The notes below the pieces were generated by a model. The model saw only the letters and a list, made by a program, of their open reading frames with translations, searched no databases and was not told the DNA's origin. Source: Dicyema japonicum (Eukaryota; Animalia; Dicyemida). Taken from it: DNA of 64,000 bases. The translations under genes were made by a program, and so were the position numbers. Location: the NCBI GenBank assembly GCA_011109175.1, contig RDEW01000052.1, forward strand, positions 1-64,000, written 5' to 3'. This document shows positions 1-13,455 of the stretch, piece by piece (position 1 is the first letter of the stretch; every line of letters starts with the position of its first letter).

Positions 1-249
1 AAAAAATATAGCTCATTAAACTGCAACATTACCCAATCACGGATATGTACAATATAATTTATAAATTTAATTAATTTTAGTTAAATTAATATTTAAAATT
101 TAACAAAAAAAACAAAAAACTCGAGAATATTGGTAATTGTATTTAATAAAAGCCATAAAAGAAAATACCACATAGATTACTCGAAATGCTCAAAATATGA
201 AGTTAGACGTAAGGAAAAACACAATTTTAGAGTCCACAGAGAAAATCCT

Positions 250-1945
250 TGTGCCTCTTTCACACTCATTTGAGGAAGATCCTGAGCGTAATCATCACTT
301 TCCTGAAATGGTGAAGAAGATTGATATGAAGTTTAGATTTAATTTTAGTTCGATATCGCCAAGTTGAACCAACAGTGCAAAAAGAGGTTTTTGATTGTTT
401 TAAGTCAACTAGAAGTGGAAAGGCAGATGCCTTAAGGAACAAAATTAGCATAATAATAAATTAAGAGTGTTGACGACAGCTATGCTAAGCTGAAGAATAA
501 AATATTTACTCCCTTCTAAATTTGATTTTCTTAGAGGTACGGAGACGTTGTCGATAAGTCTCCTGTGATACCAGATTTGAAAAATAGTTTTTTCACCAGA
601 ATCATATAAACATTGTCGCTTCCGAGCTGGAGCCAATAAATACTTTGGAAATACGGAATTCCCCATTGTCTATGTTGAACGATTTCACATTCTTGGCAGA
701 AGGAGCTACATGTTGGACAAAAATCTAGAGCTTCTTCCTCAACCTAGTAGGCAGGTTCTCAAGATAATTTGGGAAGCCTTTCATATACATCCAGGTTTCG
801 TAGTTTCCAACAGCAAAAGAAAAGCAGAAATGATAGTGTCTGAGAAATAACATCTGTCCTCTTCTAAGAATTCTTTTGTGAACATACCCGATCCTTTGTG
901 GGTATTCTTCATTGATTCCAAAATGTCAAACGAATAGATGATGTTACGCATTTTTTTTCATTCTTTCCTGATGGAGTTATAAGAACTCAATCTACTAGAC
1001 TTCATTCTCATTTCCCTTTAGCTGATCTGCCGCACCCTGCTCTATTGTTGATTCGGTTCGAAATTTTTTATTTGTCACCGCTTTTCAACTCTTTCCTTCG
1101 CTGACATTTGCACACATCACACAACTGTACTTTAATCGAATGAAAAGACAGATGACACTTTGCAATCTTTTAGCCATTTAACATAGAATTTAACCAACTT
1201 GGATAAACTTTTAATTTTTGATCACAATTGAATTTTTTTTGGTTCCTTTGATGTACTAATAATTAGAGACCACAGTTACACTAACTAACTAATCATGTGA
1301 TCAAAGCACGCTCTAGCAGAGACTTCAACTTGACTGATCCTTTCCATACACCCTAAACAAGCACGTATACGTGGATCTTCATAGTCAACACAGGACGTTC
1401 TATGGTTCATGCGTATCATAGATTCTAGAAACATTGAGGCTGGGGCTCTCCAAAAGTCAATCCTTCCGTAATTTTAGAGGCTTTCTTTCGGCCTTATCTC
1501 CAAACATTTTTCCCAAGAAATGAATGGACCCCAGATTCCACATGCACAAGAAATGTGTGGTTCAATGAATTAGTTTTAGAACGTTGTTGAAGATTTAACA
1601 TCAACATGAGGGTTATATGTTGCCTTGAAGAAGATTGAGTTAAGGGCTCTTAAGCTGATATTTGTAATCAAGGATTTGTTCTGTAACTTGATCAACGCAT
1701 TCACAATTCAACCCCTGACACTGTATTCGCAGACAAATAAGCACGTAAAGAACATATGTGAATGCTCTAGGCTTTTTCTAATTTAATTATCCCACATTTC
1801 CTGTCAGACACACAAGATTCAACCGCCAGGATCTTAAGAAGATTTTTCATTCAAGTGAATTACTGCAGACAACTCGCACCGAATTGAACACGCGTAAATA
1901 TAGTTTTTCCTTATTTGCGAATTGGACATTGACACGGTTACCCTA
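250..1945 (-). pseudogene. Decayed endogenous viral element: RdRp region of a Mononegavirales-like L protein
   Basis: Manual minus-strand translation across frameshifts gives collinear motifs: IWG-PFISW (~1518-1535; cf. rhabdoviral WGHPFI), MSAKER-[frameshift]-LK (~1083-1105; cf. KERELK), FD..WNQ (~912-930; motif A), RLRKKL*IL (~725-745; cf. GLRQKxWT, motif B), LGSDNV (~611-625; motif C, one base from GDN), VPLRKS..SKYF (~500-540; motif D/E region). Confidence 0.7.
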
Positions 1946-2119
1946 ATGCAGTCAATGTCATCGACTCACGTGACTCGACGTCTAGCTGAGCAAAATCCCC
2001 TTAAGGTGATTCATATTAAAACAACCTCATTATATGGAAATCTTAAAAAAGAAATAGGACAATTTTATTATTGTTGTTTATTTTCAATTAAGAATTGGGG
2101 TAATTTATTAAAAAGGACT

Positions 2120-2660
2120 AAACATCAGCTGCTTTCACTGCGTGGCAGTTTTATCTTAGATTTGCGAGCGAAATTCGCTCAAACAGCCAGCGGAGATCTT
2201 CAGTGCATGAGGTGATCCGGTTTCCAAGACGTCCGAAAAACTCTAGTGTAGAGGGGGAGTAGGATCCGTAAGTCTCATAGCAAGCGGAACAAATCGGACA
2301 TTATCGGGAAGGCCGCCGTATTTTTCGAGTTTGGCCTTCTCAGCCTTGACGGGTGCAAAGCATGCCCTAGAAGCGTACTCGTGAAGATTGCTCGATGCGA
2401 ACGTGTCTGTACACGTCCCAAAAATTGGATTCCCGTCCTCGAAGGGAAATATGGTCATCACGTCCTGTCGTTTCCCGTCACTTCTCATATCCCGACCGGT
2501 TCAAGAATGGCTAAGTATCCAGCAGCATCCATAGTCTATTTGACAATCTCATTCAGAGCCTTGTGCCTTGGAAATCTTCCAGCGCTTTTCTTGCAGGCGA
2601 TGGGTGCAGGCCATAACAGTCTATAAGGATGCCATATCGGCACGGGTGAGGTACCAGCCG
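2120..2660 (-). mobile_element. CRE-clade non-LTR retrotransposon, 3' fragment (restriction-like endonuclease)
   Basis: DGKRQD.MTIFPF..G.P...TCTDTFA..KLEKYG....FVPLA (ORF 2243-2488), preceded by RHKALNEIV; frameshifted. Confidence 0.8.
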
Positions 2661-2734
2661 CAGAGAGAAACCACTTATAACGCTTTTAATTTATAAATAA
2701 ATAATTTATTAAGGAAAAAAGTGAGCAAATGTAG

Positions 2735-2875
2735 CGTCTGCCCTGACTGCGTAGCTTTACCTGTCAGGATGGTAAACAATATTCGCTCACATAACGGGGA
2801 CTACTCAAGAATTCCATCGTCGCAGGCGCAAGAGAACCAGACGTCTCAACGACGATATGAGCGAACAAAAAATCA
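2735..2875 (-). mobile_element. CRE-clade element, extreme 3' fragment
   Basis: Nucleotide similarity to 8625-8745 and 35728-35915 (aagaattcc.t.gtcgca.gcg.a.g..aacca.acgtctcaac); encodes FVRS.....RRLVL. Confidence 0.55.
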
Positions 2876-3190
2876 TAGGACTGGTAGATTTCCCAGAAAG
2901 CTTGGTCTCTTGTAAAAGGCAGATATCAATTTTATTTCTCTCCAAAAATAAACTCAGTTCTGATGCCATGTCTCTAACTCCGTTAATGTTCAGGCTAAGT
3001 ATCTATAAGGCTTTTGGTCCCGGATTCATTTCAACATCTCCTGACATGACGAGTCTCCACCGGAAAAGTGCACGGATGTGTAGGAAGTGCCGTGCAGGAG
3101 GAACTCCTCTGGATGGTCGATGACAAATAATTCTTTTTGGATACAATTTTGACTTGTATCTGACGCCACCAGACAAGGCGAACCACATGA
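2876..3190 (-). mobile_element. Non-LTR retrotransposon ORF fragment: 2A-like peptide followed by APE endonuclease N-terminus
   Basis: LVMSGDVEMNPGP (GDVEMNPGP at 3015-3041), then KAL*ILSLNINGV...LFLERNKIDICLLQETKL, the typical APE start; truncated by the adjacent CRE fragment. Confidence 0.75.
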
Positions 3191-3339
3191 CGCACGATCT
3201 TTGATCTTACCTTTAAAAATTTATGCCATAAAAATAATGCGACCATAATCCGATCGAATTGAGACTTAAAAAGACTATTTTTGTGATTCAATGTTCTACA
3301 AGTTTAAGAACAATTCAAAACATAATTTTATTACGTATG

Positions 3340-3585
3340 TTGACAATACTGAATTTTCTACATTCAGAGAACTTTCAAGAGGTTGTCTACCCAGGACTCT
3401 TGCGGAGGATTATGCTGTGGTCGGTGGCCGATTAATGGATACAGACGATCTTGACGAAATCAGGAGGTAGCAAGAAAACGATAGTGGTGTGGAGAAGGCT
3501 AACTGGGAAGAATAGTCGAATACATAACACAAACGACGACATAAACACTGTTTACTGACAACGCGGAGGAGCGTTAACTAGCTTA
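3340..3585 (+). mobile_element. RTE-clade LINE 3' fragment
   Basis: Clear nucleotide paralogue of 22395-22620 (ttctacattcagag.actttcaag...gatct.ga.gaaatcag...aacactgttta.tg.caacgc). Confidence 0.6.
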
Positions 3586-3589
3586 TGTG

Positions 3590-4280
3590 GACAACAGTTT
3601 GTATGGCATTCCTTGGAAATTTTTTCGACCAACAAAGCAACCAAGACATTGTCTTGAGTTATTTTGAACGATGTGATATTCATTCCTTTATCATCCTAAA
3701 AGAACTTTAATCAGACTATCCTCTCACTTACAGGCACTTATCACAAAATCGGGATTCCTTAGAAACCCGAACGCAATTTGAGGACTCTACTACGTCTCTA
3801 CGTTCACTCAATCAAGAATATTGTAACTAGTCCGAATAAACTACAGACACAGGTGGACTAGCCTCGTTGGACATATATGTGTTAAAAATTCATGTCCCGC
3901 CTTCTGGAAAACGCTAAGAAGTATGAACAGTCTTAATGAGATTGACAGCGAGGGATAGCCGTCTCCTACACTCTAGATATAATCACGTGAACAGGCAATA
4001 ATACATTACGTCGAAATAACTCACAAACGCTTCAATTGTTCAGTACGAATAGGGTACTGCAATCCAAAACTCAAATCCCCCATTACTTTTCATCGCAGTT
4101 TAGGTTGGGTGATTACATTCGGTGGCACTTGCATTTAACGTTTTGAATTATATTATGGAAATAAAGCCTGTTTTTTATGACGAAAGCTTCATTATGACAT
4201 GCAGACACAGACCACGTAATGGGAGTTGCTCCTCATGTTGTATTTTTGTTTATTCAGACTACCAGGATGCTGAATATTCT
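3590..4280 (+). pseudogene. Possible decayed L-protein capping-domain EVE fragment
   Basis: Weak ordered motif echoes LYGIP (~3605), GTAIQ (~4053) and CSSC (~4227), roughly at L capping-domain spacing; heavily degraded. Confidence 0.25.
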
Positions 4281-4489
4281 GAACAAAGGAAATTAAGAAG
4301 ACTAGCCTTCGAAGATCAGTTCTGTTACATACCAATCGTATTTGAAACTTCTGGAAGGCTTAATAAAATTAATAAAGGGAATGCAATCGTGACGCGACTC
4401 TGAGAGGCAATGAAAAAATACGAAAGGAGAGTTAGATATACTATATAAGTCAAATTTTGAGTAATTTATATTAATTTAATTTTTTTGAC

Positions 4490-5895
4490 AAACAAAACTC
4501 ACACATTGGGGTCAAACTGGACATCTGCAATGCCTTCAATTCACTTTTCGAAACTAAAAGCAAACGAACCCCGGAACTTATTCCACTTGTCTACTTCGCT
4601 AACGGAACCAATTCTTCACTTGTTTTTGGGTACAAGATTATCTGTTCGGAGACTAGAGTCCAATAAGGAGACCCACTTGTTCCACTTCTCTTCGCTCTAG
4701 CCATCGATGAAATTGTCCGCAACACACAACTAAACTTCTGATATCTTGATGACGCCACGATTGGAGGGCCGTGGAGAAAAGTTCATGACGTTCTGTCACA
4801 TGCCCTGCCGGCACTGCAAAACCTTGGAATTGCAGCACTAGAAATTGGAACTAATAAATATCACATACTCGGAGAGTGATTTTAACAACGTGGTCGAATC
4901 TTTCAATTCGGTACTACCTGGAATTACGGTCCTACCCAGGGAGCGGACCACTAGACGAAAAGGAATTGCAAAGTTATCCACTAAAAAAGAGAATGAACTC
5001 TCTAGAGTTACAGAGGAAACTCTCCTTACTCGATGCTCATACAGTGTTCTTCCGTTTAAAGAATAGCATTGGCTTGCCCAAACTCCTATATGCTCTCCGA
5101 TGTTCTCCCTGCTTCAAACATCGTTACATCCTCGTGTCACTCGATAGGACATTGAAAAAATTAGCTAAATTGCTTCTAAACATCCACTTTGATGTGCCGA
5201 ATTGGAACCAATTCAAGCTTCCTACTCGCTTAGGAGGAACGGGTCTCAGTTCGGCGCTGGAGATCGATTTTCCAACATATGTGTCATCGCTCTCAAGTGG
5301 AAGTCTTTTGGTCAAGATATTCTACGTTTTCCAACCAGACGTCTTGGGAAAAAGTGTTGGACAAGCTCGTCGCGAATGGTGTGAAACTGGTTTGGATACA
5401 CCGAACGATCCGTCGAGGAAACGTGACTGGGATAATATCTATTCAAAGAATATCTTCGACGTGCTAAAGTCTGAGGCCAACCAGCATGCCTTGTGTCCGC
5501 CACCAACCATGAGAGCGGAGCGTGGCTGGATGCACTCCCGTGTTCCTTTCTGAGGACACTTTTGGACGATGGCTGTATTCGAATTACGATCTCATAACGC
5601 TTGGGAGTTGATGTTTGCGTCGATCACCAATGTCGTAGTGGAGGACAAAAGGGCTGCATCCACCCTCGTGCAAAAGGAGTGAGGGCAGAGCACCCCGCGA
5701 TGCTGCTATGAACAACATTGTCATGCGTGCTCTTAAAGCTGCTGGCTTCCCGAAAGTAGTGGAGTCCGTGGGATTGGACCGCGAAGATGAGAAAAGACCG
5801 GATGGGTTAACTATCATTCTGTTCACTGAGGAAAAATCGCTCGTATGGGACTGCACTGTTGTGGATTCTTTTTCGAACTCGATGATACTCAGCTG
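4490..5895 (+). mobile_element. CRE-clade non-LTR retrotransposon, RT plus RLE, degenerate
   Basis: KLDICNAFNS, PLLFALAID, YLDDATIGG, LPKLLYALRCSP, LPTRLGG.G, RPDGLTI....KSLVWDCTVVD; several frameshifts and stops. Confidence 0.85.
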
Positions 5896-5899
5896 GCAA

Positions 5900-6480
5900 A
5901 CTATTGGCAGTGTTGTTCTAGCGGATTATAGATTTTTTGAAGATTTTTTGTTCAATATGCAAGAGTCTGTTATAAGCGTTGAGTTAACTTCCAAATTGTC
6001 TATTGTCTTTTTCTATAGTGTTTCCTTTTGCGATAAGGAAATTCCATTAAGGAAAAAATTTCCCATTTTTTACACGTGTCTCCAAATAGCTATTATTCTG
6101 TTAATATTCCCACGCATATATTTTTTGGAATTTATCACATAGATATGTTTTTTGTTTAGAAGAATCACAATTGGTCATGTTTTTGCTTAAATCTTAAGCA
6201 GGGCATCATACCATGTTTTTACGTACCAAGACGACATGTGGAACGTGCAATAAAAGATTATATTTGAGTACAGTATATTATCTTTAGCTGTGTTTTTTGA
6301 CATGGAAATTTTTTTAACCTTTCAATGAGTCGAATTTTGTTTTGCCTTTGGGAATTGGAAATGCCTGGTCTTTAATGATGTGTTCGATATTCTTCTGAAC
6401 ATTTTATGCATCCTCTGTCGAATGATTTCCTATTTATTATGTGACATGCAAGGAAATGCATGAGCTCACCTATGCGCCTA
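5900..6480 (-). mobile_element. Merlin/IS1595-like DDE transposase remnant
   Basis: IPYRK.ETL...DNLEVNSTLITD resembles the Merlin core and the better copy at 47100-47620. Confidence 0.4.
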
Positions 6481-7619
6481 GCGAAAATTACTGTGAGAAA
6501 CCAAGAGTATGAATTATTAAAGATTTTCAATCTAAAAAGTAAAATGAAAAATACCTTTTAAGATCTTTGAGATCAACTTGAAAAAGCTCATTTGGAAAGT
6601 CTAAAATTACATGATAGAGACAGTCTGATTGTTTTAGACAAGTTGAAAACCCGAATATTATGAATTGATTGACCACATTCCGAATTATATTACGTTTGAT
6701 AATAAAAAAATTTGGGAAAAAACGATTGATAAAAAAAACACAAGTTGGAAAAACTGTTAGATGTTATTTCAAACCAATCCTGTCTTTCGAGTTAAATCTG
6801 AGTTGCTCAAAGGTGCCCCAATACTTAGAATACTTACAACTATACCGTGAAGTTCAAATGTGAGGATTTTTAAAGACAGTTACATGTCTGGTTGAGGGAG
6901 GTGACTCTTTTAGAAAAAGAATAGAAGTTAAACAATTTTGAAGTGATTTGTTTCAATAAGACAACTTTGATACTTATCATTCAATTTATTATTTTGTTCA
7001 ATCCATTAAAGTTATTTGCTATAAAGATGAATTCCATTCATTTGTCAACTAAATTGTGATTTTCTTTAATCATTTAAACAATAAAAAAGCCGCTGTATGA
7101 CCATTTATTATTATTAATTCCTGCTTACTATTTTAAGCTCAGCACAGACAGTCATAACTAACTAATCAGAGGAAGTAACCAATGGAGAACATCTGCTAGT
7201 GCTGACCAAATCCATCTTCCTATTCGTTTTTTCTTTACTAAATGAAATATTATATTTAAATAAAAAATATTTTAACGTGAAATTTTATAATAAGTTTAAA
7301 ATTTTATCAATTATATTATTTTTAATGTATTTTTTTTAAACAAAATAATTTTTTAACAATTAAACAAATGTCAGTCAAAAAAGTCAAAATTTTGGATAAT
7401 GTCAAAAAAGGTTAAAATTTTATTGATTTTTATTTTTTAATTTTTCGAGTTTTAAATATTTTTAAGGTTAATTTAAACAATAGAAGTCAGGTAGTTGCCG
7501 CTCTCACCGCGTGGCTGTTCCCTCTCAAAATTGCGAGCGAAATTCGCTCAAATAGCCAGCGGCGTTCGCGGAGATCTCCAGTGCAAAGTTAGGAAGCCTG
7601 CTGCGTGGATTGGATTTAA

Positions 7620-7910
7620 TATTTTTATCAAGATTTCTTTGCGTAACTTGATCAACCAATTCACTATTCAACCTCACCATTGACACCAGATTAGAGACAT
7701 ATATTCGTGTAGTCTATGTGAATAAGAAGAATTTTTCATATTTATTAATCATACTTCCTGTCAGACACACTTACCCGAACGCTAGAATCTTAAGAAAGAT
7801 GCGCTTGCTTAGGCGATTTACTGCATTTACTACCGACTGAATTCAAAACGTTATAAATAGAGCTTTTTTTTATTCGCAGATCGACATGGAGACGGTTGCC
7901 ACTCAGTACT
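7620..7910 (-). pseudogene. Paralogous copy of the N-terminal part of the L-like EVE at 1680-1945
   Basis: About 270 bp of diverged nucleotide similarity to 1682-1945 (gtaacttgatcaac, ttcctgtcagacacac, atcttaagaa, gacat.ga.acggtt.cc). Confidence 0.45.
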
Positions 7911-7989
7911 ATTCTGATCATTTGAAAAATTAATTTCAAATCCGATTTCTACCAAAAATCATGCAAACACAATCATCATGAACCGTAGA

Positions 7990-8250
7990 TTTTCAGTTTT
8001 ATGTCATCAATGAAAATAAATTGATTTATACTAAAACAAACCTCCTCATAAATAATGGGCACTTGTTCGAATTGGGAACTGATGAGTCTGCACTACGGTT
8101 CGAGACAGAGCAAAAAGAGGAGCGGTGACATATCATTGCAAAATCGCCTTTCAATAGTGACTTCAGTTGTATGATCTTGTTATAGTGCGCATACACTTCA
8201 CATGATCATTAACATCATTTGGACATATTGGTTGGAATATCATTCTTGCT
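7990..8250 (-). mobile_element. R4/Dong-like reverse transcriptase fragment
   Basis: MSPLLFLLCLEP ... INQFIFIDDIKL (RT motifs 4 and 5). Confidence 0.55.
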
Positions 8251-8619
8251 TTAATTATTAAATTAATATAAATTAGTTAAAATTTAACTTTAATTAATAA
8301 ATCTAACAATAATTTTTGTCGGATGAAATTTTCAATGGCGGTTGAGCATTTAAAGATGCCGACCTCTCACTTGTTAGTAAGGTTAAGCTACCTACTTTAA
8401 GTTCCTTTTTCATTCGATTTGATAAGATCACATCAACAGCAGTACTCAATACTAAATCCACATTATCAAAGGTTTTGGCTAACATTTTTAAATTATTAAT
8501 TTGATATGCAAATTCTTTAATCATATTTTTAACATTTTTTTGGTTGACTTAGTCAACATAATTTTCAAGGTTAGACTTATTCCCCACAATCAAAATCTTT
8601 GGTGACAGACAGTATGTTT

Positions 8620-9215
8620 AATTTCACGAGGGTTTCCAGATCGTGTAGAAATCCGATTCCCTAGACAACTTAAGAATTCCTGTGTCGCAAGCGGAAGGGA
8701 ACCAAACGTCTCAACAGCTAGTGGAACGAACAAAAATCCTTGGGCAGGACAGCGTACTTTTCCCGTTTCAACCTCTCGGCCTTCTCAGCGATAGAACAGG
8801 ATTTAGAGACACTGTGGAGTTGGTTGCAAGAGGTAAACGTGTCGGTGAAGGTGACGTTCCAGAGAAGTGGTTTCCTTGCTTCAAAAGGGAAGATTGTTTA
8901 TCTCATCTGGTCGTTTCTTGTCCCACCTGTGAAGACAGACTGGTTCAAGCATGAAGCGGTGTCCGGCGGCGTCCAAAGTTCGTCTAAAGACTTCTCTCAA
9001 CGCCATGTGTCTAGGAAATCTGTCTGGTCTCTTTCTGCAGAAGAAAAAATGTAAACCAAATCAGTCGATCTGGTCTCCGCATCGGCACGTATGTGGAACA
9101 CAGACTTTTAATACAGTTGTAATGAAATCCCAATACGACGCATTCATCATCCAGGAAGGTACCCAAAACTCCATTGGGAATGGCGTTGAGCCAGACACCT
9201 TTCTCGGAAGACAAT
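8620..9215 (-). mobile_element. CRE-clade non-LTR retrotransposon, 3' fragment
   Basis: GVWLNAIPNGVLGTFLDDEC; RHGVERSL; D.TFTDTFT; abuts and truncates the LAMP-like remnant at 9218. Confidence 0.8.
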
Positions 9216-9217
9216 AG

Positions 9218-9745
9218 ATAAAGGATGAGTTATTTGCTTATGATTATGAATATTTCATAGTTTGGTCGTTTATCATAGTGAATATCGGTTGTCTGATACG
9301 CATTCTTTTATCTTTATTTCGGCATATATTGCTCATAATGAATATCGGATTTTTAAATTTTATTTTTGTGCTAAAAAGTGAAGAATAGAAATTGTTTTTA
9401 CGTACATCGAAAATTTAAATGGATTAAAAAGGCAATCACTATTATAATGGCGAATTAATTCACAAAACTCCAATGGAATTTTCTATCGAAATTTCGTCTT
9501 TTATTTTTCAGCTTTTCAGTAATGATTCGACTTTTGGATTTATCGGAAATGGTAATTTATAGGAGTTAATTATAGATGAAGGATGTTTTGTGCAACAATC
9601 AAGTTCGAAGAAAAGGAGGAAACATCTAATAATTGGAATTGTATGCGTAGTTATCGGATTGTCTATAACTGCACTCATTGTTACTTTTTATATCAAATCG
9701 AGATCTAATTTGGAACCATTTATCAGCAGCATATCGATTTTTTAG
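9218..9745 (+). pseudogene. LAMP-like type I membrane protein paralogue 1 (3' remnant)
   Basis: SIEISSFIFQLFSNDSTFGFIGN-[24-nt intron]-DEGCF, basic stretch, TM IIGIVCVVIGLSITALIVTFYI, stop TAG 9743-9745; frameshifts upstream; 5' part missing. Confidence 0.7.
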
Positions 9746-11640
9746 ATAAAATAATTAGGACATCAAAATTTTTTTCTTTTATAAACCCTGAGTTTTATTT
9801 ATATTTCCGTGTCAAATTAACATTTAACAAATCAATTAAAAATTGTAAGCATTTAATGTTATAATGATGTCTTTTCTGCTTGATTCCTTATTTATCTACT
9901 TTTCTAATAATTCTCTTTATTCTCCTTATTAGCGCCATTTTAGGTGGTTCACCAAAAAAGGTAGCGATACTACAGGATGCTATCAAAGACAATTCAACTT
10001 CCGGTACTTTATTAGGTTATTCCTTTGAGATAATCCATAACTTCCAAACGTTTTCTTTCATAACTCAAATATTTTTTATTATTTTCAATAGAAATATAGA
10101 CGAAGTATTTCCCGTTATTCTAAGTTGACTTTTTTATCCTCGAAGTAGTAAAGTAAATTTCCATGCGTAACTGGCTTATTTTATCGTCGGAGCGATGTTT
10201 GGTGGATCTAAACTCGATGATCCTACGATTTATACAAGCGTAGAAATGGAAGTCGTCAAGGAATATCTTGAGTTACGCACAAAGCCGATCATGGGGAATC
10301 ATAATTAAGGATCGAGGGTAAATATTCTAAGATTAAATATTATTCTTTATGCAAAATATTATTGGATTCTTTACTCATTGCATTTTAATGATTATTGACT
10401 CATAATGCTAGCGGCTATGTAAAGGGTCGTTTGGATATGTCTGCCATAAATGTAGAAAGTTATTAGAGAAATCGATTACTTGTATTTTATTTGTTTATAA
10501 CTGCCCTAGACCACGTTAACAACCAAAATAATTATCACGTGACTCCGATGCATTCCAAAAAGGATCCCATCAATGGACGTTTTACTGCTCTCGTTCCCTT
10601 AAATGAACATACAAAATGGTTAACTGATTTTTCAGCACCACATTCCCGATTTGGTTTTTAGTCTTATAAGGACCTTCAAAATTGTCTAACGCCACATATC
10701 CTAGGCATCCAAAATGTTGGGTCTGGTCTAGGGAATCGGATATTAAGATCAGCAACGGAAATTAGATCACTAAACAAAAAGTTCAGAAATGATAAATTTA
10801 ACTCAGATCTAAAACCGGTAATTTTGATTCGAATAAAATGAGAAATCAGATTATTTTTCCTAATCGCTAACAAATCGGAAAGTTTGATGAAGACAATCAG
10901 GGGTCAACTCAGTTCGCCTTAGATTTCTACATCACACAGGTCAGTTCGCCTTAGATTTCTTAATGGTTTGAGGAGCTGCGTCCACTTTTTGTTGTCGCTA
11001 TTTATTAGCTTTTTTAATTCTCTGGTTTTGCAAACACTGAGTAATATGAAATAGCCAATCAAACACGGAGTAAAGATGAAATAGTGCTTTCGATTCATGT
11101 GGATTCCTATCGATACTTAAGGAATAGAGAAAGCAAAAAAGGAAAGAATCCTTGTTAATGTAGGTGGAAGTGTAGGAATCTAACTCACAGTCATTCGTGA
11201 GTAAAAACTCTAACCACTTTATTATTATCTAACATAGAAAAAGGAAACATCAAGAAAGGAGTAGTTAAACCATCAATTAAGAGACTTCGACAGTAATGAG
11301 AGGTTTTTGCTGTGTTCATTCATATTACCACAGCTGTTCTGAATCCAATCGTTACTCTTTAATAAGAATTTGAAGAGACGTGGGTTTTACTCTCAAATTT
11401 ACGTGATTTGCCGACTTGTGAAGCTGGAATTATTGTTCAAGATTCTTACGTTGTTGAGTAATGGAGGAATAGTTATGAAGAGAAATTGATAATGTTAACT
11501 ATATTTTAAATAATTAAAGATATTTAATAAAAATGGTAATGAAATATCATTTATCATAGATATTTAATATATAATTATATCAAACAATTAATATAAAAAT
11601 TTAAATAAAATAATATTTGACCTAATAAAATTTAGATTAC

Positions 11641-12912
11641 ATGAACAGAACTATTCATTATATCATAATTATACTGTTTAGCAAAATAGTCAAAATAAAA
11701 TGTGATGAGAGATATATTTTAATTGATTCATATGTCATTTACAAGAATCCTTCTATACTATATATTTTGTAAACTTTAAAAATAAGGATTAACAAATTTA
11801 CTTGAGAACAATTAGATGTATGGGAAACTTATGGTACGGATTTGTTTTCTTTCACTAAATAAATTTTAAACTTATTCCATACTTCAACAATGAGTTTTAT
11901 ACTATTGACTTATTAACAGAAATTGATTATGGTACGTTTTTTGTTGTACTTAAGCTGGTAAGCGACATACTAATATCACAAAGATTCGTAAAACTAAGTT
12001 TGGGGATTACTACCGATGTGGTTATGTTCATTTTAGTTTTTCGAATAATATATCTGTTACATTTATTCAATCAAGTTGAAATATCACAATAAGGTAGCTT
12101 GTATTATTTTACTGGAAAAGGTTTTTACTAAAATTTATTTAGTTAATGACTGTAACCCAAATAATGATCAAAATACGCCTATTTGGTTTCTATTTAACCA
12201 AAATAGAATCCGAGCAGTAATAAGTGGAATTATAAGAATATCATATATTGACAGTTACGAAAATGTACACGTTTGCATTGATAAGTAGATAACAGATGAT
12301 CATTTCAGTGATTATTACTATAATGTCTTAACACATAATTATAGTGACAATAATATATATTGTATAGTGATTATTCTAAAATATCTATTACGGCGTATAA
12401 ACAATATCGGAATGAAAAACGTATTAATATATTTTCTGTTTGTATTGGGTATAAAAAATATAAATGTTTTTTACTTAAAAAGCAATTCAAACAAATTAAA
12501 ATGGGAGTATATTATTACTGTGGATCCACCTCACAAAGCTATAAAAATGTGTCTATCGAAATTTCATCTATTAAATTACAATTTTTCCGTGATGATTTGA
12601 TTTTTGAATTTATTGGAGATGGTAAATAAATCCGACTGAATTTTAGATGAAGGATGCTTTGAAAACAAATATCGAATGAAATTAAAGACAAAAAAACATA
12701 TTAAACATCGTAATACTGTAAAACGACTAAATTTAGATACAATAAGTTTTGAAAAACTAATTTCGTCTGAAAGTATAGCCGTAAAAAAATTGACGAAAAA
12801 TCAAATAATTGGAATCGTGTGTGGAGTTGTTGGACTAATATTCATATGTTTCATAGTCGCAATTTTTATCAAACTGAAATCACATACTGAAATACAGGAA
12901 AGCATTGATTAA
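11641..12912 (+). pseudogene. LAMP-like type I membrane protein paralogue 2 (two luminal domains; frameshifted)
   Basis: ATG just after an AT-rich island; hydrophobic N-terminus; DYYRCG, DCNPNND..PIWFL..RAVISG, YYYCG..SIEISSIKLQFFRDD..FIGD-[intron]-EGC; TM IIGIVCGVVGLIFICFIVAIFI. Frameshifts near 12060 and 12360 (pseudogene or assembly error). Confidence 0.7.
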
Positions 12913-13199
12913 TCTCTCTAACTAACTAATTTTAATTCGTAACCGTCTTCAATTTTTTGAATTTATTTAATTATTTGAACTAAGTCGATATTCGAAAAAC
13001 TTACAAAATTTTGAATTTTGTCAGTTGTAACAAAGCATACTAGATGATTATGCCTAAATTTGGCATTGGAAGCCCCTTGTTCAACAGAAAATCCTTGGCT
13101 AACAGGGGACGATCAATTCGTCGAATCTGATAAATAATGAAAAATGTCCCCAAGCATAATTATTCTATAATCAATATTCCCGACATACTAGCAAGACAA

Positions 13200-13455
13200 C
13201 AATATTCCAATTTATAATATAGGCTGCCTATACAGTCCACTCAAAGAATTAATGCTTTTGAGCTGTGATGCTCTAGGAGGTTACTAAGAATCCCTTGGAC
13301 CTCCACAGTAACAACCATCAATGTACTCAAACGGGTAGACACTGACATTTCGATAGAAGGAAGAATTGTAAAACACAGATTTGCGTTTTTTGGGCATGTT
13401 GTCCGCTCTGATTCACTGGAAAGAACCATTATGCTGAGCAATATTACTGGAAGCT
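13200..13455 (+). mobile_element. RTE-clade (BovB-like) RT C-terminal fragment
   Basis: LRIPWT...NVL...[16 protein letters not shown]. Confidence 0.7.

Noticed and set aside
1280-1295. (TAAC)n/(GTTA)n as interstitial telomeric repeats
   Set aside because: Only 2-3 units per site, always within retroelement-like tails.
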